A stretch of 64,000 bases of DNA from Candidatus Bathyarchaeota archaeon. Lineage in GTDB: Archaea > Thermoproteota > Bathyarchaeia > Bathyarchaeales > Bathycorpusculaceae. Under the pieces are notes generated by a model. That model was given only the letters and a program-made list of their open reading frames with translations. It ran no database searches and was not told where the DNA came from. Positions 12,700 through 23,039 of this stretch are shown piece by piece (position 1 is the first letter of the stretch; the number at the start of each line of letters is the position of its first letter). The position numbers were made by a program, and so were the translations under genes. Where the stretch lies: assembly GCA_963780185.1 (NCBI GenBank), contig CAWABA010000004.1:1-64000 (forward strand), written 5' to 3'.

Positions 12700-12910
12700 T
12701 TTGAATCCTCTATCTTAACGCGGAAGGTTTAAGTTTCAAACGCTAATAAAAACTTTGTCCAATGCAGCATGTATGCTTATTATCTAGCTTGCATGGCTTG
12801 GCTTAAAATGTTTTTTGTGGCTGAGATGGGTTAGGCGGTTGTTTTTTTCTTGGGGAATTTTGGTTTTGTTTTGGGTTGCTTTTTTGGTTTACGTTTTGAG
12901 GTGTTGGTGG

Positions 12911-12980
12911 GTTGAGTCTCTAATAGTCAATAGTAGTCTGTGGTAGTCTTTAATAGTCAGGAATAGTCAATAAAAGTCAA
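12911..12980 (+). promoter_or_regulatory. Seven 10-bp-phased AGTC-core direct repeats (putative operator array)
   Basis: gttgAGTCtc taatAGTCaa tagtAGTCtg tggtAGTCtt taatAGTCag gaatAGTCaa taaaAGTCaa. Confidence 0.7.
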
Positions 12981-12992
12981 CCGAGAAAGCGC

Positions 12993-13292
12993 GTGCCTAA
13001 AAAGATGGTTTATGTGCCTCTGGACCAAAAAGTAACCTTTCCAGCGATCCTTGAAAAAGGCAACCGTGTGCAAGTCCCCAAAGTCATCAGGTGGCAGTTC
13101 AAAATGGAGCAAACCCAACTGCTCAAAGTCAGCGTAAGCATCAAAGGCACCCTCAACTTCCAAAACTTCTACGCAAAAACCGACAAACAAGGACGCCTAA
13201 CAATCCCCAAACTGACACTTATCATAATGACGCGGCAAGAAAAACCAAACGCCGCGGGACAGATTCTGGACGTAAAACTTGAACCAACATAA
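12993..13292 (+). CDS. Tandem AbrB/SpoVT-domain DNA-binding protein (MraZ-like architecture)
   Basis: Two swapped-hairpin motifs: LEKGNRVQVPKVIR and TDKQGRLTIPK. Confidence 0.7.
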   Translation: MPKKMVYVPLDQKVTFPAILEKGNRVQVPKVIRWQFKMEQTQLLKVSVSIKGTLNFQNFYAKTDKQGRLTIPKLTLIIMTRQEKPNAAGQILDVKLEPT

Positions 13293-13357
13293 AGAAAGGG
13301 TCGTTTGCCGCGGTTTTTGGCATAATTTCTTCCTCTTTTGCTTTACGTGCCTGCGGT

Positions 13358-13635
13358 TTATGCTGTTTTGCTTGTGTATTTGGGTCCGCAGCACCTTGGG
13401 TTGTCGTAGTATTCGCGGCAAACCTGCATGAGGCTCCTGTCCTGAGTCAGCAACGCAACTTCCATAGGCCAATTAGTAAGCGTCACAAGGTTCTTCATAT
13501 CCGAAATAAACATCGCTAAACTGCAGAAAAGAACCTTAACCTCACCCAAGTCCGAAAGATCCTGGCTTTGGGCGATTTCAGGAGTCACCGCAATGTTAAG
13601 CTTCACTCTTCGTTTTTCTTTCGCTTCCCTTAAAG
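13358..13635 (-). pseudogene. C-terminal fragment of a TrmB-family regulator paralog
   Basis: EAKEKRRVKLNIAV...ISDMK...LTQD...EYYDN aligns with the C-terminal domain of the TrmB at 14070; no HTH present. Confidence 0.7.
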
Positions 13636-13711
13636 CTGGGTGAAACATATTCAAGCGACCTAAAAGTTGCCGCCAACACATACGATATGGCTTTGAGCTT
13701 TTTAGGAGTCG

Positions 13712-13826
13712 GTTGCTTAATCGGGAGAGAAACATCTGATATTGCAACTCCAAACCGTCGGCGTAGGCTTCCTGGCAGCACGCAAAAAAGTTGCTTAATC
13801 GGGAGAGAAACATCTGATATTGCAAC
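13712..13826 (+). CRISPR. Orphan CRISPR mini-array: two identical 37-bp repeats and one 41-bp spacer
   Basis: GTTGCTTAATCGGGAGAGAAACATCTGATATTGCAAC at 13712-13748 and 13790-13826; GTTGC/GCAAC ends and ATTGCAAC 3' tag; no cas genes in the window. Confidence 0.72.
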
Positions 13827-14061
13827 CTACGTAAACCAGCTTTACGCAGCCTTGAAAAAAGGCGGGGTCCTTTTGGCGATTGAAACTGAAAAGACAGACA
13901 GCATGTTTAGCCAAATCCTTTTCGAAGATGTGTTTGGATTAAGGGAGCCGCCTGGATTGCACCCGGACGAGTTGAGGACTGTTTTGGAGAAAACTGGATT
14001 TACAAACCCTTCAGTTACGAGTAAAATGGGCTTGCTCTATGCCGTTGCCCAGAAATCATAG
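13827..14061 (+). pseudogene. C-terminal fragment of a class I SAM methyltransferase-like gene
   Basis: LYAALKKGGVLLAIE...ELRTVLEKTGF; begins directly after CRISPR repeat 2, with no SAM-binding motif I. Confidence 0.6.
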
Positions 14062-14069
14062 CCTTTTTC

Positions 14070-14870
14070 TCATTTATCTAAAAGATTGTTGAGTTTTTTG
14101 TTATTCTTGTTTTCTTTCACTGCATTCATGTTTTCATAGTATTCCTTGAAAAACGTTACTAGGGCTGGGTCCTGTGTGAGTATGGCAATTCCGCCGGTCC
14201 AATTTGACACTATGAGCAGCGTTTTAATGTCGGAGATCAGTAAGCCGAAAGGGCAACAAAGGACTCTTGTTTTGCTAACCACGCGTGCGGGTATTGTGGT
14301 CTCTTCATTGATGTCTTGCGTTGTAGCTATATCTAGCTTAACCCGCCGTTTTTCTGCCGCCTCAGTTAGTCCAGAACCAATTTCGTGCATAATTGAGGGG
14401 TCAGGAACGAATGCTGTAATTTCTTTTCGTGCTGAATGAATTAATGTTTTCATTCTGTTGAGTATGTTCTTTTCGGCCACGAATAACGTAAGCAAGTTCA
14501 AGTTCTTCGGTTTTTTCTGCTGAATCATACATCGGCGTTAATAACTCAGCTAAATTGTCGGCTTCCTTAATTTTTTCGTCAAGACTGGCTGTCAATTGCT
14601 GTTTCAAATTAGCGAAGGTTTCTTTTGGCGACAGAGACCTATAGAGGTTAGGGTTTCCTTGCTGAATGATCACGGCGCCTTTTCGTGTGAGTCCATTCTA
14701 GAGCATAGTATATTTTGGAGTCTGAAATTCTGGTTTCCTTGCATAATTCACTTGCTGTAATGTTGGGGTGGGTCAGGAGTGTAAAGTAGGCTAGTGCTTC
14801 TTGAGTTGTTAGCCCCAGTTCTTTGAGTTGAGAAATAATTCTGTTTTGTACACTTGTTTCTGAGATCACG
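14070..14870 (-). CDS. TrmB-family transcriptional regulator (frameshifted in three pieces)
   Basis: LKELGLTTQEALAYFTLL...TASELC...SKIYYAL HTH, GNPNLYRSLSP and a C-terminal effector domain. Confidence 0.82.
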
Positions 14871-15007
14871 GTCAATTGTTTCCTTCCTTTTCTAGTAAGT
14901 TGTTGGCAGAGAAATCTTATATAGTTTACTACTTCTTTTTGGAAGAAGTAAAAAAATAAAATGGAGAATGAACATAATGAAAATGCGAGAAAAGAAGAGG
15001 GAGAAAC

Positions 15008-16005
15008 ATGCAAGCTGTACTTACTAGAAATTTGTCTAAAAAATATCACGCGGTAACCGCGCTAGAAGACGTAAACCTTACAGTTGAGCAAGGAGAGATT
15101 TTCGGGTTACTCGGACCAAACGGTGCAGGCAAAAGCACTCTGATGAAAATTCTTACGGGATTCACATTGCCTACGAAAGGGACAGCAACGATATTGGGTT
15201 ACGATGTACTGACAGAAACGGCGAAAGTGAGGCAAAACATAGGATATTCACCTCAAGGCATAACAGTAGACGACCATTTGACAGCAAAAGAGAATCTCAT
15301 TCTCACAGGCAGTCTATACCATGTCCCAAATGGCACCCTGAAAAAAAGGGCCGATGAATTACTTTCGATGGTTGAGCTTGACAAAAGAGCAAACGATGTG
15401 GCAGGAACGTACTCAGGCGGAATGAAAAAGAAACTCGACATCACTTTAGCCTTAGTAAACAGACCGAAGTTGCTGCTTCTATAGATGAACCTACTCTTGG
15501 CCTAGATGTACAAAGCCGATATAAAATATGGAAGCTGGTGGAGGAACTAAGAGAGCAAGGAACCACTGTTCTGGTAACGACACATTATTTGGAGGAAGCT
15601 GACAAGCTTTGCGACCGCATTGCAATCATTGATCATGGAACAATCAAACTCTCAGGTACTCCAAGTAAATTAAAGAACAAAATGGGAGGAACAGCTGTGT
15701 CTATAGAAATCACCAATTCTAAAAACGACGAAACCAAAGCCGTAATTTCAGAGTTAAAGAACCTGCCTTTCGTTAAAGACACCAGTTTTGACAGCAACAC
15801 TCTGAAAATCTGCATAACGGGCGACGAGAGTATGATTCCCAAAATACTCAAAGTAATAGTCAAACACGACATAGACATGGGGGATGTGACTTTTACTAAT
15901 CCAACTCTTGATGATGTTTTCCTGCATCACACTGGATACGAGATCAAGGAAGAAAAAGGAAAAAGCCATGAAAAAACTTTGCAAGCGATAAAGAGGGTAA
16001 GATAA
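15008..16005 (+). CDS. DrrA-like ABC exporter ATP-binding protein (frameshift at ~15482)
   Basis: GPNGAGKST, YSGGMKK, DEPTLGLD, TTHYLEEA and C-terminal PTLDDVF. Confidence 0.9.
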
Positions 16006-16775
16006 TGACCGATTTTCTAACTGAGATTAAAATTTTGACTACTAGGTGGTTTAAACATCTAACAAGGACACCCATAATGCTCTTCGTCACCCTCCTTCAG
16101 CCATTAATCTGGATGTTGCTTTTCGCTAATCTCTTTGAAAAAGCAGCAATTCTCCCGGGTTTCCCAGCGGACAGTTACGTACAGTTCATAATAAGCGGAA
16201 TCTTGGCTTTAAACGCCTTAGGTTTCTTAGCCATGGCTGGAATATGCATTTTCGACGATATCCAATCAGGCTACATTCAAAGAATCATGACGGCGCCAAT
16301 TTCGAGATCGTCCATAATAATAAGTAGATTCATTTACGCAACAGTGCTGACAGTAGTCACTTCAATAATATTGCTGGCCGTAGGATCACTCATGGGCGTA
16401 TCAGTAGCGGCTGGACCAGCAGGGTTCTTAGGAATTCTGTTCTTCGTTGCCCTGTTCACGATCGGAGTCACTGCAGTTTCAATGATATTTGCTTTCCTTT
16501 CAAAACAGCAAGTAGTCTTTCTTTCCATCACGACGCTGGTGCAAATGCCGATTTTGTTCATGTCAAATGCATTAATGCCCTACGATTTCATGCCCTCATG
16601 GATACGGACCTTGGCTCAAATCAACCCCGCAAGCTACCTTATCGACGCAACGCGATCTTTAATCTTAGATGGCTGGGCTTGGAGTACGCTGTCCACAGCA
16701 TTAGTGGCATTAGTGGTGTTTGATTTGCTGGCAGTACTCATAGCCACGCTAGTAAGACGTAGGCGACTGGAATAG
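16005..16775 (+). CDS. ABC-2 type permease (DrrB-like)
   Basis: Six TM segments; LLQPLIW, APISR and INPASY. Confidence 0.88.
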   Translation: MTDFLTEIKILTTRWFKHLTRTPIMLFVTLLQPLIWMLLFANLFEKAAILPGFPADSYVQFIISGILALNALGFLAMAGICIFDDIQSGYIQRIMTAPISRSSIIISRFIYATVLTVVTSIILLAVGSLMGVSVAAGPAGFLGILFFVALFTIGVTAVSMIFAFLSKQQVVFLSITTLVQMPILFMSNALMPYDFMPSWIRTLAQINPASYLIDATRSLILDGWAWSTLSTALVALVVFDLLAVLIATLVRRRRLE

Positions 16776-17114
16776 ACCCAATCAGCGAATTTAGTTCGCG
16801 GGTTCGAAACCCTGCTAACGCCAATTTTTCTACAGTGGGATCTAAGAACTATAATTTGCATCATAATTGGACTCGTACCCTGGGTCAAGTCCAACTCAGC
16901 CTTGTAGTCAGCATATTTTTCTAAATAGTTTCTGAGCCTGTTAATGTTTTTTTAAGCTTGGACCGACCTCATTTGGATTCAAATCTTTCCTCTTGACTCA
17001 CTTCCAGCGTAACACTTGCGCAAAGATCAACACGCCTCTACAGCCAGAATGGAGGTGCCCACACCAAATTGTTAATTAGAGGGGTTTGGAGAATGGGCTT
17101 TTGAGGATGAAGCA

Positions 17115-17711
17115 GTGTATATCGTTGGGTTAAGTGGTAGTCCCAGGAAGGGAGGCAACACAGATTTGATCCTCCAAGAAGCATTGGATGCGGCGAAAGC
17201 GAATGGCGCAGAAGTAAAATTGTTCCGAATTTGTGAATACCATCTATCGCCTTGCACAGGCTGCATGACATGCTTCAGCACCAAAAAATGCATCAATGAA
17301 GACGACGGCGAGAACCTTTACCAAGAAATTTTGAAAGCCGACGGAGTCATAATGGGTAGCCCATCCTACTTCCAAGGCGTCACAGCTCAAATGAAAACTT
17401 TCATCGACCGCATAGGTTTTCTGGCGTTGGCTAGAGGAAGAAAAGATTTCGCAGAAAAAGTCGGCGGGGTCATCGCCGTTGCTCGCCGCTCAGGAGTTTC
17501 AAGCACCTGCAATCAGATGTTCACGTTCATGACTGCCGTTGGAATGGTAATCCCGAACGGCGGCAGAGTATTTGCCATTGCCCGAGAAAAAGGTGAGGTC
17601 ACTAAAGACCAAGAAGGCATGGACTCGGCGAGACATTTAGGAAAAATGATGGCACAGACTATAGCTGCCGTCGACAACTTGAAGAAGAGCCACGGTTTGT
17701 CGAATCCGTGA
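17115..17711 (+). CDS. Iron-sulfur flavoprotein / flavodoxin family protein
   Basis: GSPRKGGNT, C-x2-C-x2-C-x5-C, GSPSYF and MKTFIDR. Confidence 0.9.
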   Translation: MYIVGLSGSPRKGGNTDLILQEALDAAKANGAEVKLFRICEYHLSPCTGCMTCFSTKKCINEDDGENLYQEILKADGVIMGSPSYFQGVTAQMKTFIDRIGFLALARGRKDFAEKVGGVIAVARRSGVSSTCNQMFTFMTAVGMVIPNGGRVFAIAREKGEVTKDQEGMDSARHLGKMMAQTIAAVDNLKKSHGLSNP

Positions 17712-17798
17712 AATCCCCAGTTTGTTCAACCGAAGCAATTAGGCTATTCAGAATATGCTTCCAAGCTGGGCTGGTCGGCTTGCACCTAAAGTGGAAAT

Positions 17799-17996
17799 CT
17801 AAATGCAAGGCACTCTGTTTTTTTCCGTGTCCTCACTCACTATGCTTATTTCGTAGTGTGTAAAAAGTCGTCTTAATGCGTCCTTGACGATTTCCGCTTG
17901 ACTCTCATATAGACCGTCGGTTATTAGCAGTTCCATCCCTTTGAAATAACATATTGCCATTGTTACCTCGAACCGTTTTTTCGCCTCTTCAACCAA
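17799..17996 (-). CDS. Ribbon-helix-helix (CopG-like) protein
   Basis: GMELLITDGLYESQAEIVKDALRRL is a typical RHH pattern. Confidence 0.65.
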   Translation of the reverse strand: MVEEAKKRFEVTMAICYFKGMELLITDGLYESQAEIVKDALRRLFTHYEISIVSEDTEKNRVPCI

Positions 17997-18188
17997 GATA
18001 TCACCCCGCTCAAAATTGCTTTAAGGAAGCCATTAGCTTTTAAAATTTAATTTGATTCCGAACCCGAATAAACCTGCAAAAATAAGTCCCTGCTTCTCAG
18101 TTTAGACGTTGGGAAAGTATAGTTGGGTTTTCAGAATAAATGTTAAATAGCCATGTGTTTAGGTTGGGTCAAGAAGAGGAAATTGCAG

Positions 18189-18623
18189 TTGGCCAGCGAT
18201 TTGTCGGTTAAGCCGTTTGCGGGCAGTTATGTGGATAAGGTTAAGGTTCAGAAGGAGCTGGTTGAGCAGCTTAAGGTTGAGTGGAAGCTGCTTTGGAGTG
18301 AATGCTTCAACGATCGGGTTAGAGCTGAAGACATTTCCGTGAAAGATTACGAGTCTTTGCTGGTTGAACGCGGCACAATCATTCAAGCCACGAGAAACTT
18401 CAAGGTGCTGGCATTCAAGGAGATTCTTGAAACACACATGATCGAGAATCCCGAACGCTACCTGCAACCAGACGCCAAAGTAGGCGGCTGGCACAAATTC
18501 ATAAAAACAGAAATCACCAGTCACAAACAGCCGACAGAAAACCGTGCTGTCACCCAAATTCCTAGGAAACGGGAAAGTCAACAGGCTAAAAAAGGCGGTC
18601 GGGGATGGCTCCATACAGGGTAG
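18189..18623 (+). CDS. Hypothetical protein
   Basis: Protein-like ORF, likely TTG start after a GAGG, ending GGRGWLH. Confidence 0.6.
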   Translation: MASDLSVKPFAGSYVDKVKVQKELVEQLKVEWKLLWSECFNDRVRAEDISVKDYESLLVERGTIIQATRNFKVLAFKEILETHMIENPERYLQPDAKVGGWHKFIKTEITSHKQPTENRAVTQIPRKRESQQAKKGGRGWLHTG

Positions 18624-18761
18624 GCAACCTCAATTTGGTGACATAAGAAACCCTTTTTCAAGATTGAAGGAAGTTAAAAGTCTCGGTTAGTTTGGCAGGG
18701 CGTTGGCTTTTCTGCGTGATAAGTATACATGATTGTTAGTTTCATAGAGAGCGTGTTTGAG

Positions 18762-19510
18762 TCATTGATTAGATGTTGTTTCTAACATTATACGTTTAAG
18801 AATTTCCGCGCCGTGTTTTATTCCCAGCTTTTTCTTGCCGATTCTTTCGCGATAGGTAATTGGAATTTCAACTATACTGAAGCCTTCGCGTTCGCAACGG
18901 TGGTTAAGTTCTACTTCAATATCGAAGCCTTTGGATTTTATTTTCCAGCCTTTCAAGATTTCTGCGCGTACAACCCGCAGCCCCGTCAAAGGATCAGATA
19001 AGCTTACGCCATTGAAAAAATTGTGTGTAAAGGCTATAAGCCGATTTCCAAAGTAGAATACATCATGTAGGGCATGCGAGTTCATGTTTTCATTAAATCT
19101 GTTTCCACAGACCATTCCAACGGTTGGATTCCTTTGCAAGATCTGAATCATCTGGGGAATGCATCCGGCGGGTAGGTGTAATCAGCATCTGTAACTATGA
19201 TGTAGTCAACGTCGGGAGCCATGTTTGCTATGCCCTTAGCGAATGCGTCGCCTTTGCCTTTGCCGTCTTGGAAAAGGATTTCGACGCCGAAAGCTTTAGC
19301 CACCGCAACGGTTCGATCAACGCTTCTTCCATCAATCACCAGGATTTTTGCTAAACCCAAATGCTGCTTAAGCTCTGTCAAGGTTGATCGTATCCCTTCT
19401 TCCTCGTTTAAAGCAGCTATAATTACCTGCATCGAAGGGGCAGCCTGCTCTGAGGCGTTCTCCTCGGGCTTAAGCTCTCTTGTTGATGACAATTTGTTGC
19501 TTCCCAGCAT
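18762..19510 (-). CDS. GT2 glycosyltransferase (Dol-P-sugar synthase-like), frameshifted
   Basis: IAALNEE, IDGRSVD, GKGKGDA, TDADYTY, DPLTG, FDIEVE and EIPITYRER. Confidence 0.88.
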
Positions 19511-19533
19511 TTTTTATCTTAACCCATAACTCG

Positions 19534-19875
19534 CTATGCCGTCGCAATTGACTCAAGCAACCGTGGGGCTTCACATAACCGATTCAGTTTCTCTCGTTCA
19601 AAACTCAAACTTTCAAGATCCCTTTCTGTCTCCATGCAACGTATATTATAATCATTATATCTTTTAAGAAACACGTGACCATTCTCAGTCAACCAGTATT
19701 TGGAGCCTTCAAGCCGAAGCAAACCGGAACCAACCACGGATGACAGGTACTTTTCAACTAATTTAAAGCTCAAATTTGCCTTCTTCATAATATGAGTCTT
19801 TGTTGAACCAAAATTTGCAACCACCAAAATGCACGCGACAATATTTAGCCGATCGCGATTCTTACCCAACGACAA
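19534..19875 (-). CDS. Winged-helix regulator (HTH_45/ArnR1-like)
   Basis: RDRLNIVACIL...TKTHIMKKANLSF...YWLTENG. Confidence 0.8.
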   Translation of the reverse strand: MSLGKNRDRLNIVACILVVANFGSTKTHIMKKANLSFKLVEKYLSSVVGSGLLRLEGSKYWLTENGHVFLKRYNDYNIRCMETERDLESLSFEREKLNRLCEAPRLLESIATA

Positions 19876-20268
19876 TCCCTCCCCACAAAGAAACTAAAAT
19901 CTGCAAAGCATAACCTTCAAAGCTGAAAAAAGAAAACCTTCCAAATTCTTCCCAACTGAATCCGCGAGAAATTGAAAACCACATTAGATTAGACTCAACT
20001 GCGATGCTAACAATTCCCCTCTTCCGGGTGGAGGTGGAAAAAAAGCAACGCAAACCTAACAATTAGCCAAACGTTATTTTCATTGTCAATTGAAATTCCG
20101 AGGCAGTCCTGAACGAGGGAAAGCTTTTGCTTTTGGTTTTGTGGGGTCTCATCACGTGAGAGTTAAGGAGTATAAAGGAGAAATTTACGTCGTTCAACCC
20201 TTTCACACCGTGCCCTCGATTCAGAAAACTGCAACACACTGCCTTTTGCTGCGCGAAATTTTGTTGGT

Positions 20269-20757
20269 TCATAGTTTAATCCCAGCACGGAAAAATGGAA
20301 AACTATTGAGCTCCAACACGGTTACGTACCGCGTGAAGTCTTCATCATTTGCCCACTGTAAGGCAAGTTTGTTTCCCCACTGGGCGGCGATTTTGCTTAT
20401 TCTTTGAGTTAAAGGATACCCAAAGTTTTGCATTCCAAAAGCCAATTCGCCCACTAATCCGCGAGTTCCGCCTATAGCCTGCAGCAGCTTTTCAGTCAGC
20501 GGCTTCAAAAGTCCAAGCAAAAGAGAGCTGCGTATTCTCTCAAGGGTTTGAATCACAGCATCGATGAAACGCCGATTTTCTAGGCTCAAAACACGGAACC
20601 ACGAATTGTTCCTTCGAATAGACTGCTTTTTCAGTCTCAGGAGGAATGCCCGTCCACCATAGCGCAAAACGCTTGAAATATCGCTTGCAGTTAGTTCTTT
20701 TAATGGCGATTTCTTGCCTCGTGCAGTTTTCTGGTGAAATTCGTAAAAAAATGCCAA
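20269..20757 (-). CDS. Hypothetical basic protein
   Basis: 162-aa ORF in a tight operon with the upstream small genes. Confidence 0.55.
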   Translation of the reverse strand: MAFFYEFHQKTARGKKSPLKELTASDISSVLRYGGRAFLLRLKKQSIRRNNSWFRVLSLENRRFIDAVIQTLERIRSSLLLGLLKPLTEKLLQAIGGTRGLVGELAFGMQNFGYPLTQRISKIAAQWGNKLALQWANDEDFTRYVTVLELNSFPFFRAGIKL

Positions 20758-20760
20758 GTT

Positions 20761-21078
20761 TCAAGCCTCGTGACCGTTAGATTTGGGAAGGGGCAGTCTC
20801 GTGAGCGAGTGTGTTCGCTTCGGTTTTTTTTCTTGTGAGCCAGCGGTTTTTTGTTTTTTGCCCGATAGCTTTGCCTTGGCCTTTTGCGCTTGAGTTGCTG
20901 TTTGTAATTCTTGCAAAATGCATGTACAGATGTCAAAGCAGTCTTGGCAAAGTGTGAAGCCATATTTTAGCAGGAGGACTTTTTTTGTTGCTTTGCACAT
21001 GTCGCATTGTCCTGTTTTTACCCCGATAAGCAGGAGGTTTTTTGACAAGGCGCGATGTTTTGTTTGAGGGTCAATCAT
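20761..21078 (-). CDS. Small CxxC...CxxC zinc-finger protein
   Basis: CDMC...LCQDC. Confidence 0.55.
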   Translation of the reverse strand: MIDPQTKHRALSKNLLLIGVKTGQCDMCKATKKVLLLKYGFTLCQDCFDICTCILQELQTATQAQKAKAKLSGKKQKTAGSQEKKPKRTHSLTRLPLPKSNGHEA

Positions 21079-22069
21079 TTGGCAGCCGTCCTTTCTTTTT
21101 CGTGGGGCGGGTAGCTAAGTGTTGCAGTTTCGTCGTTTTTGCCAGTCAAGGTCGAAAAAATGTTGGGTCTGCTCATCCATGGTTTCTTGATTGTTAAATG
21201 GTATCTTCGTGGTTTTTGCGACGCCATCAATTTAGCCTTCCTTTGGCAGACAAACGGTGATTACTCGTCATACACAATATATATAATTTATCCTAACCTC
21301 CGAAGGGCGATCCAGAAAAGCAGGCAAAACCTGCCAGCTGGAAAGCGAAAAAACCCATTTTGCCCTATGCGCATCCATAGTAAAAAGCCTCAAATCGATC
21401 AGGCGAGACTTGCGAGGGCTAACCTGTGAGGTTAGGGCAAAAAACAAGGCGAAAAGTATTTTCTTTAGACTTTAATCGCGGTAAAGTCCGAAAGCCGCTT
21501 AGCCAAAATTGATTAGTTTCTGTTAATTAGGTCCTGATAGTCAGCAATCCTTTCTCGGATAGGAAGCGTTAAGTCCCTTTTTTTGGGCGGTTCCTTAACG
21601 ACTAAGACAAAGTACCCCTTTCTAGGGCTAAAACCAAGAGAGAATACTGATGGTCAAAGTAACGCAAGCCGTATTTTTACCGCGCCATTTGCCCGCTTGC
21701 AATTCGCTCCAAGGCTTGGATCAGCTTTGGTTTCTTTCTGCGCCTGGGAAAGGCTGCCGGGTTTTTGCGCCGAGGTTTTTTCCAGTTAAGTCAAATATTT
21801 TGAGGAAAGCGCTGTTTGCTTTGAGCATGACATAACTTGTCGGGTTGTCGCCCGATGCTGCGATGATTTGATTGTGGGAAAAGCCGCCTATATCTTCTGA
21901 AAAGAGGCAGAAAAGGACCTAGAATTTTGCCCAAGGAACTTTTAAATCAAGTCAAGAATTGAAGAAGAAAAAAGCTATAGCTGAGATGTATGGTTAGTTT
22001 GATAAAGCTTTAAATTGCGCTAAAGTCAGAGAAAGATTACGAATCAGCTAAAACGCAGTTGATTTTCGT

Positions 22070-22184
22070 GCCGGGGTATCCTAGCCAGGCAGGGAGCAAG
22101 CCTGGAGATGTTTGCCAATGGCAGACACCAAGCAGCTTGTGGCCTCTCGGGGCCGCGGGGGTTCAAATCCCCCTCCCGGCGCCA
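22070..22184 (+). tRNA. tRNA-Ser(GGA) with a 26-nt intron at 37/38
   Basis: GCCGGGG acceptor, CAAGC CT GGA G, intron 22108-22133 (hairpin tgtttgcc/ggcagaca, BHB-like), long variable arm, GGTTCAAATCC and CCA. Confidence 0.9.
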
Positions 22185-22388
22185 TTTTTTCAGGCAGTTT
22201 TTGAGGCCATTTTCGTAAGTTTAGGCTACATTTAGCGCGCTTTCTTGTCCCATATTACGGGCTGTGTCCGACAAAGTTGAAGGAGACACAATTTTTCACC
22301 TAACAGTTGCGAAATCTTAGACGACGAGTACGTGATCATTATGTAGGCTGGTACTGGTATGTTATTTGGCGTCGGAGCAGGCACTTGT

Positions 22389-23039
22389 TTAACTGCCCGA
22401 GTTAGCTAGAGCGCATGCTTGAACGTTGCATTCTTGGTAGTACATTGCTTGTGCTGTGTAGAGGGTGACGCTTACTGTTAAGCCGATGTCGTTTATGGTA
22501 ACGCTGTCAGGGTTAACTATGTAGATCAGCATTGTGTAACCTGATCGAAGAACCAGGTCTGTCGTAGCATATTCGAAAGTATACAAGGTTCCGCTTCTGT
22601 CGCTAGGGTTTAGATAGAAAGACTGCGTTGTTGCTTGTCTACTTTGGGCCGCCATAGTGGGCTGGAAGTACATGTCTGAGGGCACAGGGTTATCAGTTAC
22701 CGAAAAAACTATGAATTGATCACCAGATGTCCACTGGGCTCCACCTGCCCATACGCTGTCTTGACCTCTGACTGTTATTTTATTGATAACTACGTCTCTG
22801 CCGCCAGTGTTAACGACTATGAGGGAACCCATTGAGTAGGTCGGGGTTCCTGGAGTTGCTGCAGGGTTGAGCCATACGTGAGCATCGTTCAAAGTAAGGC
22901 TTTCTTCTTGGACTCTTGTGCTGACCACGTTGATGGCGAAGTATGTGACTACGCTTGCCAATAGCACTGAAATGATCAGGATAATGATGGTAGTTACGAC
23001 TGTACTTAGAGCCCAACGATTCTTAAGCAGTTTTCTCAT
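22389..23039 (-). CDS. Archaeal pilin-like protein (class III signal peptide)
   Basis: MRKLLKNRWA|LSTVVTTIIILIISVLLA; VVNTGGRDV. Confidence 0.78.
   Translation of the reverse strand: MRKLLKNRWALSTVVTTIIILIISVLLASVVTYFAINVVSTRVQEESLTLNDAHVWLNPAATPGTPTYSMGSLIVVNTGGRDVVINKITVRGQDSVWAGGAQWTSGDQFIVFSVTDNPVPSDMYFQPTMAAQSRQATTQSFYLNPSDRSGTLYTFEYATTDLVLRSGYTMLIYIVNPDSVTINDIGLTVSVTLYTAQAMYYQECNVQACALANSGS

Noticed and set aside
13850-13886. Third CRISPR repeat ending ATTGAAAC
   Set aside because: Spacing is wrong, the rest does not match the repeat, and it is explained by the AIET codons.
13358-14061. ORFs 13358-13825 and 13687-14061 as full proteins with internal peptide repeats
   Set aside because: The repeated peptides are translations of the 37-bp repeats fused to gene fragments.
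15482-15484. TAG in the ABC ATPase as pyrrolysine
   Set aside because: The downstream DEPT motif is in a different frame, so this is an indel.
21250-22060. RNase P or SRP RNA in the long intergenic region
   Set aside because: Hallmark motifs such as GAGGAAAGUCC or the SRP helix 8 were not found by eye.
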